Source: a virus | Taxonomy: Duplodnaviria; Caudoviricetes | IMG/VR virus record: IMGVR_UViG_3300021255_001748 | Span: 1-64,000 of that record | Direction: 5' to 3' (one strand) | DNA length: 64,000 nt | Shown: piece after piece, positions 33,599 through 40,805 of the stretch | Numbering within the stretch: position 1 is the stretch's first letter | Layout of the letters: every line of letters starts with the position of its first letter | The notes under the pieces: generated by a model | Told to the model about the DNA's origin: nothing | What the model saw: the letters and a program-made list of their open reading frames with translations, nothing else | The model's database searches: none | Translations under genes and position numbers: made by a program

Positions 33599-34057
33599 AT
33601 GAAACGAATTACTACAATTATTTTGACATTATGTTGCCTTTTAATGCCTTTTGCCGCATTTGGAGAGAGTCTATCTCCAACACTTGATGGTTTATGGTAT
33701 GCGGAACCGACACTTGATTTTCAACTAATTCAAAGTATGGATGACTTTGCTGAATATCTTGAACTTATTTCTACTTATTATGACCTTGAAGGCTTCAGTG
33801 AAATGGTTCTTGGTACAGATGAATTTCATATTGTTGACATGATTATTGTTACTCTAGACCAAACATATGGACGAGTTGTGTGGCATACCCCCTATGGCTT
33901 TACTCCAGATGATAATATTTGCGTATTTATGATTGCTACAGACTTGCAGCAAGGCTATGTCATGAATGCAAATGGTGATAGAGACACTAATCTAGTTGTA
34001 AATTATAGTGAGGTTTCTCCCGGAGCATACTTTATGATTATCTATGCGGCTGATTAA
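33599..34057 (+). CDS. secreted/surface hypothetical protein
   Basis: signal peptide MKRITTIILTLCCLLMPFAAFG; GGAGG RBS. Confidence 0.7.
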   Translation: MKRITTIILTLCCLLMPFAAFGESLSPTLDGLWYAEPTLDFQLIQSMDDFAEYLELISTYYDLEGFSEMVLGTDEFHIVDMIIVTLDQTYGRVVWHTPYGFTPDDNICVFMIATDLQQGYVMNANGDRDTNLVVNYSEVSPGAYFMIIYAAD

Positions 34058-34076
34058 AAATCAACCGCATTTTTAT

Positions 34077-34104
34077 TTGACTTTTTTAAAAATTGTAGTA
34101 TAAT
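34077..34104 (+). promoter_or_regulatory. sigmaA-type promoter of the main tRNA operon
   Basis: TTGACT-N16-TATAAT. Confidence 0.75.
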
Positions 34105-34123
34105 ATAAGTGTAGTAAGGGGAT

Positions 34124-34196
34124 GGGGCCATAGTGATAATAGTTAGCACTACTGCTTTGCACGCAGTGAGTCCGAGTTCGATTCTCGGTGGCTCCA
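34124..34196 (+). tRNA. tRNA-Ala(TGC)
   Basis: GGGGCCA/TGGCTCC acceptor; loop TTTGCAC. Confidence 0.9.
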
Positions 34197-34200
34197 CTTT

Positions 34201-34277
34201 CGGGATGTAGCACAGTTGGTTAGTGCAGCGCTCTGATAAGGCGAAGACCGATGGTTCAAGTCCATCCATCCCGACCA
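34201..34277 (+). tRNA. tRNA-Ile(GAT)
   Basis: loop CTGATAA; CCA. Confidence 0.9.
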
Positions 34278-34374
34278 GAGCGGGCGACCGCCCCGCAGAA
34301 GCGTCTGATCAACGCAAAACCGGCCATGTGCGTTCCGCAACTCCACATGTAAAACTAAGAAAGTTGCGGCGCGT

Positions 34375-34447
34375 GCGAGGTTAGCTCAGTTGGGAGAGCA
34401 TCACGTTTACACCGTGAGGGCCAGCGGTTCAAGCCCGTTACTTCGCA
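34375..34447 (+). tRNA. tRNA-Val(TAC)
   Basis: TCACG-TTTACAC-CGTGA. Confidence 0.9.
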
Positions 34448-34453
34448 CTATAT

Positions 34454-34528
34454 GCGCCATTAGTCTAAGGGAAAGAACGAGTGGCTACGGACCACTAGAT
34501 ACGCGTTCGAGTCGTGTATGGCGCGCCA
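34454..34528 (+). tRNA. tRNA-Arg(ACG)
   Basis: AGTGG-CTACGGA-CCACT; CCA. Confidence 0.9.
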
Positions 34529-34531
34529 TAT

Positions 34532-34885
34532 GGGGTAGTTTTGGTTTCGACAGGTTATGAATGGTATTGAAATCACGGGTAGGCGGAGCACCTTACGCAG
34601 CAAAACAATTGAACTGACAATGATTATTTTTATAGCGAACTAAAGGCTGCTTAATTGCAGTTTCGCACCTAAACAACAAACCTGCTAATCGGTAAATGTT
34701 TGCGGTTCAAAGATAGATTAGTAGATTGGCTTCAGGCCAGCTGATTTTCTCTATTCACAGTCCAACGAATAGAGTGGTGGAAGGATCATTCCCAGTTTGT
34801 CAGAACTTAAAACTGACTATCGTGTAAGTAATTTTCAATATTGATTGTAGCTTGGACAGGGGTTCAACTCCCCTCTACTCCACCA
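34532..34885 (+). ncRNA. ssrA: tmRNA
   Basis: 5' GGGGTAG..GGTTTCGACAGG; 3' GGACAGGGGTTCAACTCCCCTCTACTCCACCA; tag frame DNDYFYSELKAA-TAA. Confidence 0.92.
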
Positions 34886-34888
34886 TAT

Positions 34889-34979
34889 GCGTCGGTGTGG
34901 CTAGTGGCGAAGCCAGCAGACTGTAAATCTGCTACCCGCAGGGTAAACATCGTAGGTTCAACTCCTACCCGGCGCACCA
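34889..34979 (+). tRNA. tRNA-Tyr(GTA)
   Basis: GCAGA-CTGTAAA-TCTGC; long variable arm; CCA. Confidence 0.9.
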
Positions 34980-35175
34980 TTCAACCACATAAAGCCTGAA
35001 TTGACAGGATATGACTGGCCGGTTGAGGTCCGGCGGCTGGATAGGGAGAGGTAAGTATAGATGAACTTCTTACTTAATACTTCAAAATCTAACTAGTGTC
35101 TCGTGAGCGACGACAGCAGTGGTGAGGCTTAGACTTGTGCCGACAAGAGTCGAGTTAAAAACAAGTCATTTCTAT

Positions 35176-35248
35176 GCTCCTGTAGCTCAGTTGGTAGAGT
35201 AACGGACCTTTAATCCGTGTGTCGCGAGTTCGATTCTCGCCAGGGGCA
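35176..35248 (+). tRNA. tRNA-Lys(TTT) with C33
   Basis: ACGGA-CCTTTAA-TCCGT. Confidence 0.8.
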
Positions 35249-35350
35249 CTAGGGACGCTTCATCTTGTCAAAGCCGTAATACGTGGCTAAAGTAACGAAT
35301 GGCGTGAAGCATAGCATAGTTGTTGGAAGAAGGCTTGACTATGCTAATAT

Positions 35351-35424
35351 AGGGGTGTGGTGTAATGGCAGCATTAGACTCTCCAAAAGTCCAGATTGGG
35401 GTTCAAGTCCCTGCGCCCCTGCCA
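35351..35424 (+). tRNA. tRNA-Trp(CCA)
   Basis: loop CTCCAAA; AGGGGTG/CGCCCCT; G73; CCA. Confidence 0.9.
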
Positions 35425-35427
35425 TAT

Positions 35428-35499
35428 GCCCCATTAGCTCAACGGATAGAGCCCGCGCCTTCTAAGCGCGTCATATATGTTCAACTCATATATGGGGTA
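35428..35499 (+). tRNA. tRNA-Arg(TCT)
   Basis: CGCGC-CTTCTAA-GCGCG. Confidence 0.85.
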
Positions 35500-35541
35500 T
35501 TAAGCCGCAAGGCGAAAATAAAATAAAAGAGGTATAAAATT

Positions 35542-36081
35542 ATGAGTAATGCAAGACTAAAGATTCTACCCCCATGGACAATTGCTATTCGCAAGTTCGA
35601 GGCTCTATTCGATGGTGACCCACAGATTGCATGTAATTGTGACTTTGGCGGCTCTGCTCCTTCTATTGTTCTAGCCTGTAATAATGGCGATAAGGTTGCA
35701 GCACTACAGCAGATTCTTCCTGACGAGATTAGTTTTGGTAACATTAAGCTAAAGGTAGCCGTTGATGGCACACCTTCTAATCGTGCTTTTACTAGTAAGG
35801 TTGACCTATTTGATACTGCTTTCAAGGGCAACCCCGTTTATGCTTATTCTGTATGCCCAGCTGAGGAAGGTTATCAGTGGATTGGTACTACTTATGTTGT
35901 ATTTAATAACTGTGTTGTACAGTTCGCGGCTGATAATCTAAATGACTGCCATGGAGTTATCAGCACTCTATATGAGACTATTGCTGATGAGCTTCTAACT
36001 GGTCCTGCTACTGAAGGCGTATTTTTCAACACTAATGTTGAGCGCGCTGGTCTAGGTATGCCTCTTGGCGAGTGGCCGTAA
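35542..36081 (+). CDS. conserved phage hypothetical protein
   Basis: GAGG RBS; strong codon bias; no TAG. Confidence 0.75.
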   Translation: MSNARLKILPPWTIAIRKFEALFDGDPQIACNCDFGGSAPSIVLACNNGDKVAALQQILPDEISFGNIKLKVAVDGTPSNRAFTSKVDLFDTAFKGNPVYAYSVCPAEEGYQWIGTTYVVFNNCVVQFAADNLNDCHGVISTLYETIADELLTGPATEGVFFNTNVERAGLGMPLGEWP

Positions 36082-36088
36082 TTAATTA

Positions 36089-36192
36089 AATGCGGTGGCG
36101 GAATATGTAGACGCACATTGCCGGAATGTGAGGGCTTCTGGCTCCGGCTACGCAGATTAGACTCATGTGAGGTGCGAATCCTCACCCGCATT
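36089..36192 (+). ncRNA. tRNA-like RNA (copy 2)
   Basis: AATGCGG/CCGCATT acceptor; D-arm identical to the 32822 element; 6-bp T-stem. Confidence 0.6.
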
Positions 36193-36263
36193 GCCTCTTT
36201 AGTTTATAGGCAGAACAACGCTTTCGTAAAGCGTGGAGATTGGTTCGATTCCAATAGGAGGCT
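36193..36263 (+). tRNA. tRNA-Thr(CGT)
   Basis: ACGCT-TTCGTAA-AGCGT. Confidence 0.85.
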
Positions 36264-36268
36264 TTTAT

Positions 36269-36340
36269 GCCGTCGTGGCCTAAAGGTAAGGCAGCGGTTT
36301 TGTAAACCGCTGATTGTAGGTTCGACTCCTATCGACGGCT
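36269..36340 (+). tRNA. tRNA-Thr(TGT)
   Basis: GCGGT-TTTGTAA-ACCGC. Confidence 0.9.
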
Positions 36341-36360
36341 CTTTTGAGGAGGATAGACTA

Positions 36361-36861
36361 ATGGAAATTAATCGTAAGGAAAATAAGCGTCTATGTGATA
36401 CTTATCCATTTCTAATCCCATTTAACCGATTTAGTGGCAAACGCATTAATTGCGGCGAAAAGGGATTTTGGCCTGGTGACCCAGATGAAATGCCGCCAGA
36501 ATGGGATTATGAATACACCGAACTTGATAATATGCCCGATGGCTGGCGGCGAGCATTTGGTGAACAAATGTGTGCTGAAATTAAACAAGCGCTACTTGAT
36601 GAGGGTGGCGAAAAACTTCTTGACGAGTATCGTGTTGACCAAATTAAAGAGAAGTATGGGTATTTAAGATGGTATGATAATTTCAGCACTGACAAAACTC
36701 GTGCTATCGTGGATAAATATGAAGTCTTGAGCTCTCGTACATGTATCAATTGCGGCAAACCAGCCACTAAATTAAGTCGTGGATGGATTGCTCCTTGGTG
36801 TGATGAATGCGGCAATGATAAAGATGAAGAGTATATGAGTTTAGACAACGCTTTTATTTGA
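36361..36861 (+). CDS. conserved phage hypothetical protein with C-terminal zinc ribbon
   Basis: MPDGWRRAFG..QIKEKYGYLRWY..CINCG..WCDEC; GGAGG RBS. Confidence 0.75.
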   Translation: MEINRKENKRLCDTYPFLIPFNRFSGKRINCGEKGFWPGDPDEMPPEWDYEYTELDNMPDGWRRAFGEQMCAEIKQALLDEGGEKLLDEYRVDQIKEKYGYLRWYDNFSTDKTRAIVDKYEVLSSRTCINCGKPATKLSRGWIAPWCDECGNDKDEEYMSLDNAFI

Positions 36862-36904
36862 CTTTTGATAAAAAATTTGATATAATATATATAGAAAGTG
36901 AGGG

Positions 36905-37087
36905 ATGATAGTGAAGATTCTTATACTCAATAAAAAAGAGCGTAAGGCACTTGCTACTCTGCTAGCATCATTGGTTACTACTGCCGGGTGTTCGTATGAG
37001 TTAACAACTATTTTAGAGAAATTAGATTGGCGTGTTTATGACCTAGCTTTTAAACATCCTGAAATCTTTCATAAAGATAAAAATTAA
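36905..37087 (+). CDS. small hypothetical protein
   Basis: follows the promoter at 36858-36886; GAGGG RBS. Confidence 0.5.
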   Translation: MIVKILILNKKERKALATLLASLVTTAGCSYELTTILEKLDWRVYDLAFKHPEIFHKDKN

Positions 37088-37195
37088 TAGTTTGGAAATC
37101 AGCGAGTTCTCCCACGAATAAAGTCAGCGCTGTAAAAGTGAGTAACGGTCGGTAAAATAAAAGTTGTGAGGTCGTTGATAGGCAACAAAATATAT

Positions 37196-37284
37196 AGCCC
37201 CTTAGTTGAATGGCACAACAGCGCTCTCTAAAAGCGTAAGCGTGGCTGACACCGCGGGTCTCCGTTCGAATCGGAGAGGGGCTG
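37196..37284 (+). tRNA. amber suppressor tRNA (anticodon CTA)
   Basis: AGCCCCT/AGGGGCT acceptor; GCGCT-CTCTAAA-AGCGT; about 22-nt variable arm; canonical T-arm. Confidence 0.85.
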
Positions 37285-37288
37285 TTAT

Positions 37289-37422
37289 CTGGGTGTAGCG
37301 CAGTTTGGTAGCGCATCAGATTTGAAAATCTAGCATAATGGTAATGCTTTATATCAGAGTTCAACTCTCTGGATTTTCACGGGATCTGAGGGTCGTGGGT
37401 TCAAATCCCACCACCCAGACCA
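37289..37422 (+). tRNA. tRNA-Pro(TGG) interrupted by a 57-nt tRNA-like insert
   Basis: canonical Pro arms and CCA; removing 37324-37380 restores TCAGA-TTTGGGA-TCTGA. Confidence 0.85.
37324..37380 (+). ncRNA. anticodon-less mini-tRNA nested in tRNA-Pro
   Basis: acceptor GAAAATC/GATTTTC; D-arm GCAT-AATGGTA-ATGC; T-arm CAGAG-TTCAACT-CTCTG. Confidence 0.8.
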
Positions 37423-37555
37423 ACAGGATGGCATGTAACCTGTCACAATCTGCATAGCTGAGTGTAGATAAAAACATGCTTATCAGCATTTAGCGCCGTT
37501 TGATTTATTCTGTAAAAGAGGAGACTCTTTCGGCGCATTTTTAATTGGAGGACAT

Positions 37556-37861
37556 ATGCAAGAAGATTATTTTTACAGAGTAATTACATTTGTAGAACTT
37601 CCAAAAGAAACCGATTTAGTCCCACCAGAACATGATACAGACGCAAATTATTTGAAAAAAAGTGATGCCTTTCAATGCGTATTAGAAAATTGGTGTGATA
37701 TTTATGAGGGCAGCTATCCAGCCGCGATGGTAATTGAAACGCCTTTTGGCCTCTATCCTTTTTGCCCAAATAGATGGTATTTTGAATGGGAAGGTGACTG
37801 GGAAACTGGCGGTTATGTTGAAAAGGAAGAGCCTAAATCATTGGAGCATTGGAATATATGA
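37556..37861 (+). CDS. hypothetical protein
   Basis: GGAGG RBS. Confidence 0.65.
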   Translation: MQEDYFYRVITFVELPKETDLVPPEHDTDANYLKKSDAFQCVLENWCDIYEGSYPAAMVIETPFGLYPFCPNRWYFEWEGDWETGGYVEKEEPKSLEHWNI

Positions 37862-38301
37862 AAATATATACATCGTATTGGGCGCAAGTTCGCAATTTTC
37901 CTCCTAATTTAATAGGGCTTTCAACTTGCGTTTGGAATCCTAAATGGCGGCCGCTAGGCAAAGACGCAAGAGGTGTTATTGTTATAGATTGCCCGCCCAT
38001 TAAACCCGGAGCCGCGTGTGAAGGTTTATGCAATGGAAAATGTAGCCCTAAACATCCACAAGATTGTGAATTTTTAAATGTATATCAGCGGCAACTAGAT
38101 GAAATTGATTTTAATCAATTTATGAATTCTTTACAAAAATTACACGATAAAATTTGTGTCGAGGAAGGTTTTGAGGATGTAGATTTTGCCCTCATCGTAT
38201 ATGAGACACCGCAAAACCATTGTAGCGAACGTTTGCCGCTATGGATATGGCTTCAAATGAATGGCGTTGACCCTCAAGAATTTAACAAAAGTAGTATTTG
38301 A
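37858..38301 (+). CDS. DUF488-like protein
   Basis: MKIYTSYW..ALIVYETPQNHCSER. Confidence 0.55.
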   Translation: MKIYTSYWAQVRNFPPNLIGLSTCVWNPKWRPLGKDARGVIVIDCPPIKPGAACEGLCNGKCSPKHPQDCEFLNVYQRQLDEIDFNQFMNSLQKLHDKICVEEGFEDVDFALIVYETPQNHCSERLPLWIWLQMNGVDPQEFNKSSI

Positions 38302-38355
38302 CAATTATAAAAATTGTGATATAATATAATTGAACAAAAGGAAAGGAGCATTTGT

Positions 38356-38571
38356 ATGAAGTCTAGGGTAATTAAGAATCGTATCGAGTTTAATCTGTAT
38401 CCTGATGATGATAGTTATCAGCAGGCTGTAAGTCTTGGTTTTGATGTAGATCAAGATATGCAGCTTGAAACTCTTCATCGTATGTGCCGCTATTTTGCAC
38501 TTTGTCTTGGTTTTGCGGAGTCTAGCGTAGATAAGGTATTTGGCGAGGAAAGTTATGATGACCTCTGTTGA
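38356..38571 (+). CDS. hypothetical protein
   Basis: follows the promoter at 38298-38325; AAGGAG RBS. Confidence 0.6.
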   Translation: MKSRVIKNRIEFNLYPDDDSYQQAVSLGFDVDQDMQLETLHRMCRYFALCLGFAESSVDKVFGEESYDDLC

Positions 38572-38747
38572 TATTGACCGATTATATCACGATTTAATTA
38601 ACGCATTGAGTATTACATTTCGTGGCTCTAGTAAAGTAGGTTTGACAGTAGCTGTTTTAGAAGATATTTACAACGCATATCAAGAAAAAAATTACGATCG
38701 TATTGTAGAATGGGCAGTACAAGAAGGATTTAATTTGGAGGATTATT

Positions 38748-38951
38748 ATGTTTAAGTATAAGGTTCGTTACTGGGATGATGTTGAAAATAAGGTGCTGAA
38801 TGAAACCGGTCTTGTTGCCGCGAAGTCTTGGGGTAAGGCAGTAAATAAGGTGCGCAATTACTATGGCGCCAAGAACGTATATGAAGTCACCATTGAAGAG
38901 TGGGAAGATGTTGTATGGGCTGAAGAGGCTATTGAAGGACTGACTGAATAA
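38748..38951 (+). CDS. hypothetical protein
   Basis: GGAGG RBS; packed ORF. Confidence 0.6.
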   Translation: MFKYKVRYWDDVENKVLNETGLVAAKSWGKAVNKVRNYYGAKNVYEVTIEEWEDVVWAEEAIEGLTE

Positions 38952-38971
38952 TTGCGGCGAAAGCCGTATAT

Positions 38972-39380
38972 GCGGGTATGGCGGAATAGGCAGACGCCAC
39001 AGACTTTTGTAAAACAAAGAGCACTAGAATAGGAAACTTTCTGAGTGAATGCTGGCTAATTCGGTGAAAGTCCTGATAGGATAACGCCGAGCTAAATTAA
39101 ATATGGCGTGTCTAGTATAAGATAGCAGATAATAATTTATCTCTGAAAACATATAAACTGCAGATAGGTATATGCAAGTAAGTAATACAAAAATAGAGGG
39201 GCAGTACCTCGGCACGTCTCATATTTATAAATGTGTAGAGACTATATACCAGCCACCTAAGTCGTAAGATAAGGTGAAGACATAGCCCAGACTACAACGC
39301 AGTAATGCGGCTATGGTAACATAGAGTAGTAAGAAAATCTGTTGTCTTCGGACGTGCCGGTTCAAGTCCGGCTACCCGCA
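38972..39380 (+). tRNA. tRNA-Leu(TAA) split by a group I intron
   Basis: exon 1 38972-39006 and exon 2 39334-39380 join to ACAGA-CTTAAAA-TCTGT. Confidence 0.88.
39007..39333 (+). ncRNA. group I self-splicing intron (327 nt, no internal ORF)
   Basis: P1 with U.G pair at the 5' splice site; AATTCGGTGAAA; R GTAGAGACTA; S GAAGACATAGCC; terminal G. Confidence 0.88.
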
Positions 39381-39427
39381 CTCCTTATTTCATTTTTCTA
39401 TGCGGCGTCTCCTTTCCGCCGCATTAT

Positions 39428-39504
39428 GCCTCTCTATCCCAATCGGCAGAGGAGATTGACTCAAAATCAATATAGTCTCGGTTCAAATCCGAGGAGAGGT
39501 ACCA
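39428..39504 (+). tRNA. tRNA-Leu(CAA), short variable loop
   Basis: ATTGA-CTCAAAA-TCAAT; CCA. Confidence 0.85.
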
Positions 39505-39579
39505 ATGTGCTTTTAGAACAAAAGAGGTTAGCCCGCGCAAGAACCCATATGTCGTTGTGGTGACGTGAAGCCACACCAT

Positions 39580-39653
39580 GCGCCATTAGTGTAGCGGTAA
39601 CATCTTTGCCTTCCAAGCAAATGTGGCCGGTTCAAATCCGGTATGGTGCTCCA
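39580..39653 (+). tRNA. tRNA-Gly(TCC)
   Basis: TTTGC-CTTCCAA-GCAAA; CCA. Confidence 0.9.
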
Positions 39654-40178
39654 TTAGGGTTGTGTTTAATGAGCACGGCCTTCGGGAAGAATTTCCCGTG
39701 TGACCAGCAAGTCTAAAAACTGTCATGGGCTGGGTGGGATGCCCTAGGTCCATCGTATTATAAATACTGAGTTTCTCTTGACTCTGGGAAGTTCCCTAAA
39801 CAAGATTATAATCCTTGCCCACCTGAAAGCACGGGTTCAAGGCAGAAAACATGCGGTCCAGCTGGACGCGACGATGGTTAGTTTGGGGTTTTACACCACT
39901 AACAAGGGGCTCGTCTAATGACCTCTTCAAGAACGAAGAAGTAAGCGCTTTGAGCCCTTATTAAAAATCAATAGGAGCTATGAAGTACTGCTATTTGGCT
40001 TAATATTCGGCAGTTAGGCAACGCAGACGTGTGATCCTATAAACAAATCCTATTGATACTATAATGAGTAGATGTTTATCTACCTAGGACTATTGAGGAC
40101 GAGAGCGGTGGGAATGTTTGAGCGGCAAAGCCGAAGGTAAATAGTCTAAGTACAGGCCACCTGAGCGTGGTCTGAGTA
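39654..40178 (+). ncRNA. candidate structured ncRNA of about 525 nt
   Basis: ORF-free and GC-richer, between two tRNAs; helices such as CCATCGT/ACGATGG. Confidence 0.4.
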
Positions 40179-40179
40179 T

Positions 40180-40264
40180 GCAGATGTGGCTGAGTGGTTG
40201 AAAGCAGCGGTTTGCTAAACCGTCGTACTTAACAGTACCGAAGGTTCAAATCCTTCCATCTGCG
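40180..40264 (+). tRNA. tRNA-Ser(GCT)
   Basis: loop TTGCTAA; long variable arm; G73. Confidence 0.9.
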
Positions 40265-40283
40265 CTTTAAGGAGACGATTACT

Positions 40284-40544
40284 TTGGATAGTGAAAATAA
40301 AAGTATACTTGAAGGTTGGCGTTGTCCACAATGTGGGGCTGTAATGGCTCCGTTTGTGCGTAGCTGTGTAAATTGCGTTGGTAAATCTTTACCCACAACT
40401 ATTCAACCAAATATAACTACTCCACTAACTGAGCCATATCCATCTACAACTACACCTATATATGAAGAAGTTCCTTGGTGGATAACATACAATAGACCAA
40501 TTACTATCACTTGTGAAACTAAGCCATATCAATGTTGGCTATAA
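40284..40544 (+). CDS. hypothetical zinc-ribbon protein
   Basis: GWRCPQCGAVMAP..CVNC; AAGGAG RBS. Confidence 0.6.
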   Translation: MDSENKSILEGWRCPQCGAVMAPFVRSCVNCVGKSLPTTIQPNITTPLTEPYPSTTTPIYEEVPWWITYNRPITITCETKPYQCWL

Positions 40545-40556
40545 AGGAGAATTATT

Positions 40557-40793
40557 ATGGGAAGACTTCGCATTCGTATCTTAAATCAGAATGATGTCGT
40601 CGCGCTAGTTAATGCTCTTAATACTTGGACTGATAAGTTTATTCTTGAGAGCGAAGATAGTATGTATAGAGTTAATGCTAAGAGTGTGCTTGGAGTATTT
40701 TATTTTACAACTGAGCACCCACTTGATACATATCTTGTAAATCTAACTAGCGGCGGATACTATCCTGATGGAGCTAAGCGCTTTCAGTTTTAA
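40557..40793 (+). CDS. HPr-family phosphocarrier-like protein
   Basis: RVNAKSVLGVF motif (HPr regulatory Ser region). Confidence 0.6.
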   Translation: MGRLRIRILNQNDVVALVNALNTWTDKFILESEDSMYRVNAKSVLGVFYFTTEHPLDTYLVNLTSGGYYPDGAKRFQF

Positions 40794-40805
40794 GAAAGCG
40801 TATGA

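Noticed and set aside
34298-34320. Anticodon-like hairpin GCGT-CTGATCA-ACGC after tRNA-Ile(GAT)
   Set aside because: A 4-bp stem could easily arise by chance, and no other tRNA arms are present.
34054-36360. ORFs overlapping the tRNA cluster (34054, 34149, 35283 and the 5' part of 36118)
   Set aside because: These are translations of tRNA genes with no RBS; the real CDS starts at 36361.
37284-37289. Theta ribozyme directly after the suppressor tRNA
   Set aside because: Only 4 nt separate it from tRNA-Pro, leaving no room.
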